Source of the DNA: Paraspadella gotoi
Lineage: Eukaryota > Animalia > Chaetognatha
Direction of reading: 5' to 3'
Length of the DNA: 64,000 nt
Assembly: GCA_051294375.1 (NCBI GenBank)
Contig: CM119269.1
Coordinates: 6,523,552 to 6,587,551 of the forward strand
Position numbers and translations under genes: made by a program. Each line of letters opens with the position of its first letter. Position 1 is the first letter of the stretch. This document shows, piece after piece, positions 34,428 through 47,000 of the stretch. The notes below the pieces were generated by a model. The model ran no database searches, was not told where the DNA came from, and saw nothing but the letters and a program-made list of their open reading frames with translations.

Positions 34428-35075
34428 TAGTCGGATCTGCTTTCAGCAGATCCCCACTCTATAATTCACTTTGTCGGTCCGTCGGTCCGCCCCCTCAATA
34501 TTGTCGGGCACTCACTTATATCATGTCAGAACATTGAATTATCATAAATTATGCAAAAAAAACAAACGATGTCCGTCCGTCCGTCCGTCCGTCCCACCTT
34601 AGCAAAAAACACCAATTACTCGTGATTGGATGGATGGATTGGAATGGAATATTGTGTGTGGGTAAGGAAGTGTATGATTGAGCTGTATATGAAGTTTCGA
34701 TGGAATCGTCCGAGTGGAAATGGGTTTAAATGGAAAAAATAAAAAAAATAAATTTCACTATTTGAACACCAATTACTCATGAGTGGATGGGGCGATTGAC
34801 TTGAAATTTTGTATTTAGGTAGAAAAGTGTATGATGAAACTGGAAATTAAGTTTCGATGGAATCGTTAGAGTGGAAATGAGTTTAAATGGAAAAAACAAA
34901 GAACCTATTAATTAATCAAATAATTAATCAGTTAATTAATCAATTAAAAGAAACATTTCGGATTAAATTAATTAATTGCCTAATTAATTAAATAATTAAC
35001 TTGAATTAATTATTAATTAATTAATTACCGATAATGATCGTGGGCAGATCCGACATTGTTTGCTCAAACTTGTTT
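34428..35075 (+). mobile_element. DINE-1/HINE-like (Helentron-associated) non-autonomous element; relatives at ~35215-36245, 39535-39892(-), 40705-40780(-), 43901-44950 and 46590-46625
   Basis: 5' subterminal IR gtcggatctgc with an adjacent partial IR, a conserved core, a (GTCC)n microsatellite, a 3' subterminal IR gcagatccgac, then a short stem-loop gtttgctcaaac and a T-run. Confidence 0.75.
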
Positions 35076-35326
35076 TTTTTTAAACATTTATTAGTTAGAA
35101 AACAACTTGACGTTTATGTTGAACTAAATAAGTTTGAGCAAACAATGTCGGATCTGCCTACGATAATTAATCGCTCATAAGCTAATCCTATGATAAATCA
35201 CAGTAATATTTTTTAGCCGGATCTGCTCACAGCAGATTTTGGCTCTATAATTGACTTTGTCGGTCCGTCGGTCCGCCCCCCCATCTTGTCGGGAATTCAC
35301 TTATATCATGTCAGAACATCGAATTA

Positions 35327-35903
35327 TATGCGATTTTATTCGAATACAACAAGGTTGATTCAGTACAATCATCATCAACAAACAAACATAGACTTAGTCT
35401 GAGCAAACGAAAAACATTATAAAATAGAAAGAAAAAATAAATAAATAAAGAAATAAAAATAAATAATTAAATAAAATTAATTAATTAAAATTTAAACAGT
35501 TAAAAATTTTTCTTATGTTGTAAAAAACGGAACAAGTTTCTGAAGAACAGTATTTTACATTGTATAGATCTTTGAGATAATGGTTTTCTTACGATTATTA
35601 AAAATTGTAGATAGGTCGTGGTATCCAAACATACTCCTAAGTTCTCTCACACTTTCCCATCGATTATATCCAAAAATCTTTCGGACACCATCATTTACAG
35701 CTACATTAAGTCTGTTCATATTACGTACGGAAAAAGTTTTTACTTCACAACCATAAAGGAGAACCGGAACACAGTTAGTATAATACAATATCTTCAATAA
35801 TTCCTCTGAAGGCTTTAACAAAGCATTTATCAAACAGTTGATCTTAAAAAAGATACCAATTCTTTGCTTGGCTCAAACAACCTGTCTCTTTAACTACTAA
35901 GGT
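35327..35903 (-). mobile_element. 5'-truncated LINE (RT C-terminal region plus 3' UTR) nested in a HINE copy
   Basis: ORF 35833-35555 LLKILYYTNCVPVLLYGCEV...LNVAVNDGVRKIFGYNRWES is typical of the post-RT region of non-LTR elements. AATAAA lies near 35335-35340. The host element sequence gaattat|gataaattatgc is split around the insert. Confidence 0.75.
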
Positions 35904-37719
35904 TGATAAATTATGCAAAGAAATTGATGTCCGTCCGTCCGTCTGTCTGTCTGTCCATCCCACCTTAGCAAAAAACACCAGTTACTCGTGATTTGATTGA
36001 TGGATTGGAATGAAACTTTGTGTGTTGGTAGGAAAGTGTGTGATTGAGTTGGAAATTAAGTTTCGATGGAATCGTCCAAGTGGAAATGAGTTAAAATAAA
36101 AAAAAACAAAAAAAATATATTTCACTATTTGAACGCCAATTACTAATGAGTGAATGGGGGCAATTGACTTCAAATTTGTATGTGGGTAGGAATGTGTGAG
36201 ATTGAACAGGAAATAAAGTTTTGATGGAATCGTCCAAGTGGAAATTTTAATTAATTAATTAAAATATTCACGATTAAGACGTGATGTACAGTCTCGTAGA
36301 AAAAACTATGCAGTTAAAAAAAAATTTCAGTATTGATTTTTTCATTTTTTATTGTTTCACATCCGAGGGCATTACTCCATGAATGTTATGTAGAAAAATT
36401 AATGCAAAATCTCTTAAAGCTCTCAAGATACAGTTAAATACATAAATGCTGACAGAATTCAAACTAAAAAGAAGATTGGTTTATTCTTTAACATGTGAAC
36501 AACATATCTCTTAAAAAATAATGCAATCGGAATCTCCTCTGTTTAAGCTGTCTTTTGATATCAAAAACTTCAAACATTTGTCTGTCCATCTGTCTGTCTG
36601 TCCATCCTTTCTCCAGTACTTTTAAAGTCTTATTACTTATGTTTGGATGAATCAATTGAGTTGAAATTTTGTCTGTGATTAAAAAACTAGTTCATTGAGC
36701 TGGAATTCAAGTTTCAATGGAATCAAGCTAGTAGAAGTAGGTTTTAATAGAAAAAGTAAAGATCAATTTTAATTTATTAATTTAATTTATATTTTTTAAT
36801 ATTATTTTTAGATGCGCCGAGATTAAGAGCCACGCAAGTCTATCAAAAACTTTTTTTATTTTTGTTATATACGGTTGATTTTTATTTGACCTAAAGCTAA
36901 TCTTCAATTTATATTTATTACAAAATTGAATATATGAAGTCGTCCAAAAATTTATTTAATTCATTGTAGGATGGATTAGTACTTCCAATATTATTTTTCG
37001 TTCAACTTTCTAGAAACTTTGTTAGAACTTTAACATTTTTAAACAGAAGTTTTAAATCCTTAACAAGAAGTAACAAAAACCATAACATCAACTGGATGCT
37101 TGTAAAATTTGCAGAGCTTTTTAACGTATCTCCCCCTTATCTCTTATCTCTTTGACGCGAAGTCACTGTCTCTCCCGCTCGTTCCAAGAGGAAATGTATG
37201 AGACTTTCGAACTGCAGAGAATGTCGTCTCAGTGACCCATTTAACAATTACACGTTCATGACGTTGCAGATGAGGCGGAAGTTCAAAGGTAGATATTATT
37301 TGCGCCGGAAAAAAACGACGACCACTAAATTTTTGAAGTAAAGTAAAATTAAATAATTTTGATCACTCTCATTGTCTTGTTATGGTTACGATGACGCGAG
37401 AGTTAGGCGCTCTCTTTCTCTCTCTCTCTCTCTCTCTTGTTATGGTTAAGATGACGCAAGATTTAGACTCTCTCTCTTTCTCTTTCTTGTACACTTGAAA
37501 ACAATAAAGTACAATTAACTCACTCATTTCGGGCTGAAGATAATTTGTCTAATAGATCATTTGGATCATCGAGCGGAAGTTCAGGTCTCCATCGTTTTAA
37601 AGCCGCCTCTCGTCGAACTGTACTCTTTCTTTCCTCCTTCTTCCTATAAGCGTACAGTTTTCTTTTTATAAGGCATTTGTTTAAATGTAGATTTTTCCAA
37701 AAGTTCGATCGATTCTCGA

Positions 37720-37750
<31 letters not shown>

Positions 37751-39971
37751 TTCTCTCACTCTCTCAATGTTTATTTTTTTTGTATTATAATAATTTTTAT
37801 TTTAATTTAGAATGGATTTTTTTGGCATTTTCGTGATAAAATAAGTTTGGTCCCTTTTCTCATTTATAAGTTATATAAATAATAAATAATTAATTAATAA
37901 TTAATCGTAAAAGATTTCTTGATTACTAAAAGCAGTCAATAATTCAATTGTTTGATCTCTCAATCAATCAATTTATCACTAAACCAATGATTAAATCAAT
38001 CAAATTAGTAATCAATTTATTGATAAATCAACCACTTATTAATTATATTCAAATCCATAGTCTATGATCTGGATTGAAAATTAGAGCTCAGGATAAGTTT
38101 TTACCATAGAGTTCATTACTGTTGGTCACTTTGTTGTCCATACAGTTGCTGACTCTCTTTCCGTCTCTCTCTCTTTCTTCCTTAACTAGTGCCGCGATTT
38201 CTCTTTTCAGTCAAATAAAATATCTTTCTTATCTGACGTCTCCTGGTTACGAAAAAAAAATATTTGTGATAGCCTCGAACGTGCAACCTTTGCATCTTAA
38301 ACAACAATCAGAATTCTCTCTCTCACTTTAACTTTTGCTCTCTAGCTCTCACTCTCTCTATGTCGCTTTCTCTTTGTTTCTGCATCAATTTTAGAACTTT
38401 TGCTCACTTACTCAGCCTTGTTATGTCATAAACATGTCCAAATTCACCTTACAATTTCTTTTGTTAATATTGACAATGATTATCATTGCTATAACTATAG
38501 TCTTTGATACATTAAAAAATAATTCCTATCAATGTTATAAGGAGGAAAGAAAACTTATTAATTTTTTTTAATATAAAAATATTAAAAGCCAATGATTCAT
38601 AAAAATTAATCAGAAAATGATCACAATAACATAGATACGAAAAACTGTCCTCCAAATCCCTCTTGAATACTTATGGAAAACATAAAAGAAAAAAAAAGAA
38701 AAAACGAAAATTTAAAAAAACTTTTCAGACCATGCTCACGAAGAAATTATAATTTGCATAAAAAATAATAAATCAAAAAAATAAAAACATCAGATTGTGA
38801 CAAAATCGATTGGGAAAAATCTGATTTTTTCAAATGCAAAATTATTTCTCAAGTTCCTTATTTATAATCTCCATGAGACAAATGTTTTTTTCGAAAATTT
38901 AAATATTCAACTTTTTAATTAATTAAAAATCATTTTAGTATACTAAATTTTAAAATATTTTTATAAAATTTATACCTAAAGTTCTAAGAATGCTTTTCCA
39001 AAAAATGTCTCTTAGATCTTTCTTAAAACGCCAAACAAGTCACAGCCACAAAATGAATCAAAAACTAGAAAAAAGCAATATTGTTTTGTCATTCTGATTT
39101 AGAGATATTTGGTTGATAATTATGCCTTAAATTTCCTTTAAATGAAAAAATAATAGGTTTAAAAGATAGCTCTTGATCTCTAGTTGTAAATTGAGTTTGA
39201 ATATAACTTTTTTTAATCAACAAGTTTAACCCAGATTAATTACAATGACGATGGTATGAAATTTTGTCACCGTTTTAAGCTACTTTTAGCCTAATTTTTT
39301 ACATATTTTGATTATCTTTGCGATCTTACTGATTAAAAACAGTCGTGGTAAAAAAAGCCTATGTTCTTTCGAATATAAGGCATATGTTAGTAATCAGACA
39401 GAGCAAAAATTTTGGTCACACAAGATAAAGAATTTTGCATGAGATAGGTGAAACAATTTTTCACGAGACTGTGCACCGCGACTTAAGCATAAATAATAAA
39501 AATTTTAGTCGACTTGACTTTGGTTTTTTCCATGCAAACTCATTTCCACTCCCCGATTCCATCAAAACTTTATATCATGCTCAATCACACACTTTCCTAC
39601 CCACACACAAATCAATCTATCCATCCAATTATGATTAATTCGAGTAATTATGGGTTAAAATGAGTAAAAAGATTTATGTTAATGTGACTTAAGTTTTTTC
39701 CATTTATACTCTTTTCCACTCGCACGATTTCATCGAACCTTTATATCCAGCTCAATCATACACTTTCCTAACCATACACAAAATTTCATTTTAATCCATC
39801 CATCCAATCACGAGTAATTGAAGTTTTTTGCTAAGGGGGGACTGACAGACAGACAGACGGACGGACGGACATTGTTTTTAGTCGGATCTGCCTTACCTTC
39901 TGCCTTATTAGATATATTACCAGCTATCTTAATAAGCTTTGAATGTTCATTAGCTGCATTACTCCATCACA

Positions 39972-40254
39972 TGTTACCAAGTAGAGCTTCAGGATGAAAT
40001 CTACCGATTGGATGAATCATCGTTGGAATCAACCAATGAGAAGACGGGCTTCATGCCATCGGGAAAACGAGCCCGTGTCGATGATTCGGTTGAACAGTAT
40101 AAATACTGATTGTTTTTGTATTGGATCTATCTGTCTCAAATTCTCACACCGTCTTGGTTATCTTCTATCTGAGACTAAAATCCACTTTGGTTTCATGTTG
40201 AAATCTCTGTCTACTTACTTAAATGTGGTGGCAGTGGTGGGATTCAAACCCACC
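39972..40254 (+). mobile_element. Probable LTR remnant followed by a tRNA-Leu primer-binding-site-like sequence
   Basis: A GC-richer block with a TATAAATA box (~40098) is followed by TGGTGGCAGTGGTGGGATTCAAACCCAC (40226-40253), complementary to the CCA-bearing 3' end of tRNA-Leu. Confidence 0.45.
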
Positions 40255-41006
40255 CTCTTACTAAACTAAGGCTCAGGTTTGAGCCCTTGTAGTTCTGTGA
40301 GGAGTTGTGTTTCTTTTTTTCACTATAGAACTTTTTTTCGATAGAACTGTTGGGGATTTGAATCCTTCAATACTTCACCCCGCACAAACTGACATTGACT
40401 ATGCTATTCAAGCATATTCTATTTAAGATTCATTAATATTTTTTCTTATTTAATCAAAATCTTATATTTTATTCTATTGCCTCATTACCTTAACGTGTTT
40501 TTAATCCTAAATGATGCAAGTTAAAAAAAATTTTCAAGTATCAAAGTATTACTATTATTAGTGTCACAGTAACAGTTCAGCTTAAGCCCTTGAAAGCGAT
40601 TTACATGTATTGGCGCAGCCGCTGGTTAGTATGGTGATTAGTTATTATAAAAAAAAAATCAATGTAAAACCTAACTTATTTACTATGGTAACTATTTTTT
40701 ATAAACAAAGTCGTGTGCCCGACAATATTGAGGGGGCGGACCGACGGACCGACAAAGTGAATTATAGAGTCGGGATCTGCTTAAAATTTTATAAAAATTT
40801 TATAACCTGATTGCTCTTCGTTTCGATTATATTAAAAGTTTTTTCTTATCACTCCAGATTGAAGTTCCTGTTAAGGCACGACCGGGATTTCCAAATTACC
40901 AAATCGAGGAGACCAGAAATCTTATTTTACGAGTTGAACAATTTAGTTCCTCCCTGGAATTTCTATTTAAATCCCTATTTAGTCTCTTCTCAACTAAATA
41001 ACAACA

Positions 41007-44000
41007 ATGGAGTTTAATTTTTTCGATTTTGGAAATTATGATGAAACTGTGGACAAAATTGTCCACAAAACAAATATTGTCCAAATCCTCACGGTGAACG
41101 ACGATGAAAAATTTTCACTCACTTTTCACAACGACAGACTCCGTGAAATTCTCTTACACGAAGACGTGAAAGACAAACCGGTGATCCTGATCAGCATCGC
41201 GGGCGAAGTGAGAAGGGGAAAGTCTTTTCTCCTCAATCACATCCTTCAATATCTCAAAAGGAAACCAAGAGTGGAATTTTCTATTATTGACGGCTTCGTG
41301 GTTCCAAATGAGCAGCAGGATGATGACTGGTTCTCTTCAATACTTTCCAAAGATGAATGTAAGCATGTCATAAAGACGGATGAATAAATAAGTACATTTA
41401 AGTGAAAGTTAGTTATCATAATTGTGCAATTTAGCAACGATAGATTATTGTTATTATATTTTATATTTTATTATAGTTTATTTGCTATTGATTTTTATTT
41501 TTTAATATCATACTATAGAGAAAAGCAAAGTTTTTGAATATGGTACAACGAATTTATTTGAAAATACGGACATTTTTCGGCTCACATTTCGAGCCTTCAT
41601 CAGCGCTGATGAAGGCTCGAAATGTGAGCTGAAACATGTCCGTATTTTCAAATAAATTCGTTTTACCACATTCAAAAACTTTGCTTTTCTCTATATCCTA
41701 ATAACAACAAAAACGAAAGGTTTATCGCATCAATATCATACTAAAATACTTGAAATAGAGGTGGCCTATCTCAGTAAGTTGGGTCAAAAATTTTAACTCA
41801 AAGATATAAAGCAACGACAAGAAAGGAAAAAATCTTAAAAGCAATAGGGATCGAGCCTGCTTTTGATGATAACCAAATATTGATGCGATGATAACCAAAT
41901 ATTGATGCGATGATAACCAAAAGATTGATGCGATGATAACCAAATGATGGATGCGATGATAATCATTCATTGATGCGATGATAATCATTCATTGATGTGA
42001 TGATAGTACTTCATTGATCGGATTGATAATCATTCATTGATGCGATGATAGTCATTCATTGATGCGATGATAGTTATTCATTGATGCGATGCTAGTCATT
42101 CATTGACGCGATGAGTTAATGAGAGAGAGAGAGAGAGAGAGAGAGCGACAGAGAGTTGATTAAGCGAGAAATATAGAGAGAATAATAAAATAATAATAAA
42201 AGTTTTTAGAAGGAAAAAAATAAAAATCCACGAAAATCTCGGAAATAAATATGGGATTTTGTATTAAGAAAAAAGTGGCGTGATAAAAATAAAAATAAAA
42301 TAAAATAAAAATAAACTTTCTATTTTTTTTTCAATTGAAATAAGACTGAAGTCTTTTGTTCATCTAGTTCAAAATGAGGTTGAAAACCTTATTTTTTTGC
42401 ATATTATTGAAAATGAATGAGATTGATATTGATTGTATGAAATGAAAACTCATCGCTATAAAGCTAAACTATTTTCAATAAGAACGGTCAAAAAATTATA
42501 ATCTCTATTAACAAAATATATAGTTGACAATAATCAGTTAACGACTATGATATTTTTGACTTCCAAATATTAGATTGTTATATTTTTTATATTATCTATT
42601 ATTTATATTAATCCGCGCAATTGCCGGATATATAGCAGGTATCGCCTACCTGTCACACAAGTTGATGTACATGTGACATTGCCTGCATTATAAGTTATTC
42701 TTCCCTTTTTCTAAAATAAATCCATGAAAATCTCGGATGTAAATTTGGGATTTTGTATTGAGAAAAAAATAAATGGCGATAATAAAAGTTTTTAGAAGGA
42801 AAAAAATAATAAGAATTTTTCAAAAAACGAACGATCGTACAGAGAGAGAGACAGAAAGACAGAGATAGAGAGAGAGACAGACAGACATAAAGAAAGAGAA
42901 AGCTGGAAAGCAGCTGAACAGTCACTGCAGAACCTGAACTCGTTTTTTAAGGGTTCAGAAAAAGCAGCAACTGACAAAAATTTTTTTTTTTTTTAATTTT
43001 TTTTTATTAATACCAAAAACGTATTTGACAAAATCAAAAAACGTATCAGTGTAAAAAACTAGAAAGCAGTAAACAAGTAAAACTAAACTATTAAAATTCA
43101 ACAGAAACAAAAGACACTAACGTTTAAATTGACTCATAAATAAAATGTTATGAACTAATTCATAAGAAACTATAAAATATAACGTTCAAGAACGTTCAAA
43201 ATTCAAATTTTTTAAAACAAAAAAACATCAAAAAACAAAAGACACAAACGTTTAAATGGACTCATGAATAAAATATTATGAACTAATTTATAAAGAAACG
43301 TTCAAAAAACGTTCAAATTCAAATTTTAAACCAAAAAATATGAAAAAAAAGACAAAAACAAAAAATATAAAGCATAAACGAAAAACAACGTTAATAAAGA
43401 CAAAAAAAGAAAAAGACAAAGACAAAAACAAAAAAAAAAATATAAAGCATAAACGAAAAACAACGTTAATAAAATGTAAAAACAAAAACAAAAATATTGA
43501 AAAAAGAACAAAAGAAAAAATATAAAGCATAAATGAAATATACCTAAAATGTATAATTATTAATGTGTTAAAGTAAAGGGCAAAACTAGGATTTTTTAAA
43601 TAATTTTTATAATCGTAAAACCGCGAAAAAAGTAAAAAAGTGTTTAAAGTAAAAAAACAAAAAAAAGTCTAGTATAAAAAGTGTTTTAATGCATAAAATG
43701 TAAAACGAAAAACGTAAAACGTCATGGTTTTATTTTATAAAACGTTATTATAAGTATTTAATGCTTAGTGTATAACATATACCCAAAAATTATAATTACA
43801 ATGTGTTAAAGTAAGGGCAGAGGGACCACAATGCTATTAATATAATAAAAAACTACAATCAATATATATATATATATATATATACACATACACATATTTT
43901 TAGTCGGATCTGCTTATCAGCAATCCCGACTCTATAACTCACTTTTTCGGTCCGTCGGTCCGCCCCCTCAATATTGTCGGGCACACACTTATATCATGTC

Positions 44001-47000
44001 AGAACATCGAATTATGATAAATTTGCAAAAAAAATTGATCGTCCGTCCGTCGTCCTTCCGTCGTCCGTCCGTCCCACCTTAGCAAAAACACCAATTACTC
44101 GTGATTGGATGGATGATTTAAATGAAATTTGTGTGAGGATAGGTAAGTGTTGATTGAGCTGGATATGAAGTTTTGATGGAATCGTCCGGAGTGGAAATGA
44201 GTTTTAAATGGAAAAAAAAAACAAAAAAAATAATATTCACTATTAGAACACCCAATTGCTCATGAGTGGATGGGCTGATTGACCTGGAATTTTGTATGTG
44301 GGTAGGAAAGTGTGTGATTGAACAGGAAATCAAGTTTCGATGGAATAGTTTGAGTGAAATGAGTTTAAATGAAAAAAAACAAAAAACCTGTTTTACTAAT
44401 TGATTTATGCTTCTTTTTCCTTTTATATTAATGTTATCTGCAGGATGTATTAATAAATTAAATAATAATCAGTTAATTAATCAATTAGTAATAAATTAAT
44501 CAATAATTAATTAATTAGTCAATCAATCCGTCCATCCGTCCCATCTTAGCAAAAAGCTCCAATAACTCGTGATGGCTGGTTGGATTGGAAATTAAATTTT
44601 TGTTGTGGGTAGGAAAATGTGTGATAAAGCTGGATATAAAATTTCGATGCGAATCGTGTGAGTGAAATTAGTTTAAATGGAAAAAACATAAGTCGAATTT
44701 ACTAAAATCTTTTTACTTATTTTAACCAATAAATACTCCAATTAATCATAATTGGTATGGATAGATTGAGTTAAATTTTGTGTGTGGGTAGGAAAACGTA
44801 TGACGAAGCTTGATATAAAGTTTCAGTGGAAACGTACAGTGAAAAATGAGGTTTAAATGAAAAAAATATGAGTCACATTTACTTGAATCTTTTTATTTAT
44901 TTTAACCCATGATAGATTGAGATGAAAATTTGTGAGCCGGTAGGAAGTGAGTGAAGAAGCTAGATATAAAGTTTTGACGGAATCCAAGTTGAAAAAATTA
45001 TGCAAGTTGAAAAAATGATGCAAGTTTAAAAAAATCTTAAAAAGCATAAGGGATCGTCGCTATTGCATAAAAAGAGAGAGAGAGAGAGAGAAAAGAGGAG
45101 AGTGAAGAGAGAGAGAGAGATGTGAGAGAGAAAGAGAGAGAGTGAGAGAGAGAGAGAGAGAGGAGAAGGGGACATAAATAAAAAAAATCTTAAAAGACTC
45201 AAGATCGAGCCCAGAGCCCACTATCATAGAAAATTAATGAAAAAAACCGGGAAAAAACGAATGAATCATGCGATAACGAATTATTGAGTGTAATAGTAAT
45301 TGATTTGAAGGTATATACTAATTGATTGATGTAATAGTAATTTATTGATGTAATAGGAATTGATTATTGATTCGATGATAATCAATTATTGATGCGATGA
45401 TAGTCATTCACTGCTGTGATGATAGTCATTCAGTGATGCGATGATTGTCATTCATTGATGCGATGATTGTCATTCATTGATGCGATGATAGTCAATAAAA
45501 CAAACAAATGGCTGTGTATGAGTGAAAGAGAGAGAGAGAGAGAGAAGAGACTGAGAGAGAGAGAAGAGAGAAAGAGAGAGAGAGAGAAAGAAAGAGAATA
45601 AATCCCACGAAAATCTTGGATGAAAATATGGGTTTTTGTATTGAAAAAAAGCGCGGAATAAAATGGCAATAATAAAAAGTTTTTAGAAGGAAAAAAAATA
45701 ATCAGAATTTTTCAAAAAACAAACGATCACGCAAGAGATCGGACAGATAGGGACAGACACACACAGAGAGACAGAGAGACAGAGAGAGAAAGAGAGACGA
45801 AAAGAGAGAGAGAGAGAGACAGCCGCTGCAGAGAAAAGAGAAAGAGCGATATATAATAAATTAAAGAGAGAGAGAGAGAGAGAGAAGCTCTACAGCCCCT
45901 TTACTCGTTAAAGAATCAACAGTACTTATGGCGCCGCACGTAGCGTGAGCTATTCTCTACCCAAAGGACCCGGGTTCGCGCACGGTTCGCGGCATCGTTT
46001 TTTACATTAGTGAACCCACATTATATCTAAAAAAATTTTTGTAAAAAAAAAAGAGAGGAGAGAAAGAGGAGAGAGAGGAGAGAGAGAAAGAAGCTGGACA
46101 GACGCTGCAGAGCCGGAACTCGTTTTTAGACAAATCAGAAGAAGCCAGTGACGGAGAAAAGAGAGAGAGAGAGATGAGAGAGCGACATATAATTAAAACC
46201 CGTTTTTGTTTTGTAAATAAAACATAAACAAATAGCGAATATTGATATGAAACATGAGAATTTTTAAAATCTTGATGATTAGAAGCCATATATGAAAATT
46301 CAACTCCCTATGATATCACATTTTCAGAAGCCATGATTGCCAAAAAAGCCGAGACCGAAAGCTAAACCGAATCAAAATCTAGATCAGGACGGGCTTTGCC
46401 CGTCCTGGCTCGATAATAGAGGATATTTGTTGTTTTATAAAATGTAAACAAAACATTTAATAACTGTCCTGATTCAATTTTAAGGACATCGATGATGACA
46501 AGCTGAATATAAATTATAATAATCTATTAATTATATTAATTAATATATTAATTAATTAATTAATTAACTATAATTAATAATTTAATATCGTAGGCAGATC
46601 CGACATTGTTTGCTCAAACTTGTTTAATTAATAATCAACAAAAGACACTAATAAAAACAAAAGACGCTAAAAAACAGAAAAGACACTAATAAAACAACAA
46701 AGACGCTAAAACAGAAAAGAACACTAATAAAACAAAAAGACGCTAAAAAACATAGCTAAGACACTAATAAAAACAAAAAGACGCTATAAAACGCTAATAA
46801 AACGCTAATAAAACGCTAATAAAACAGAAGACACTAATAAAAACCAAAAGACGCTAATTAAAACAAAGAGACGCTAAAAACAAAAATAGTTAAAAAAATT
46901 TATATAAATTTAAAGAAATAAAAGAAAAAAAAAAAATGTTACAATTGTTTACAATTTGAAAATTTTTACAATTTTTTCCAATCATTAGTTGTTAACGATT

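Larger units (their letters stand above)
34260..38475 (-). pseudogene. Decayed multi-exon protein kinase (or error-corrupted kinase gene)
   Basis: Kinase motifs occur in the correct order on the minus strand: GEFGHVY Gly-loop (~38420-38450, upstream frame broken); exon 37643-37524 with AALK and ARNE; HERV..LL...IHFLLERAG (~37160-37260, frameshifted); CILRAL...FLHNIHGVMPSDVKQ* (36349-36463); KHITDFG (DFG at 34285-34293). Confidence 0.55.

Noticed and set aside
43288-43530. Lys-rich and Phe-rich ORFs
   Set aside because: A-rich low-complexity tandem duplication inside a repeat.
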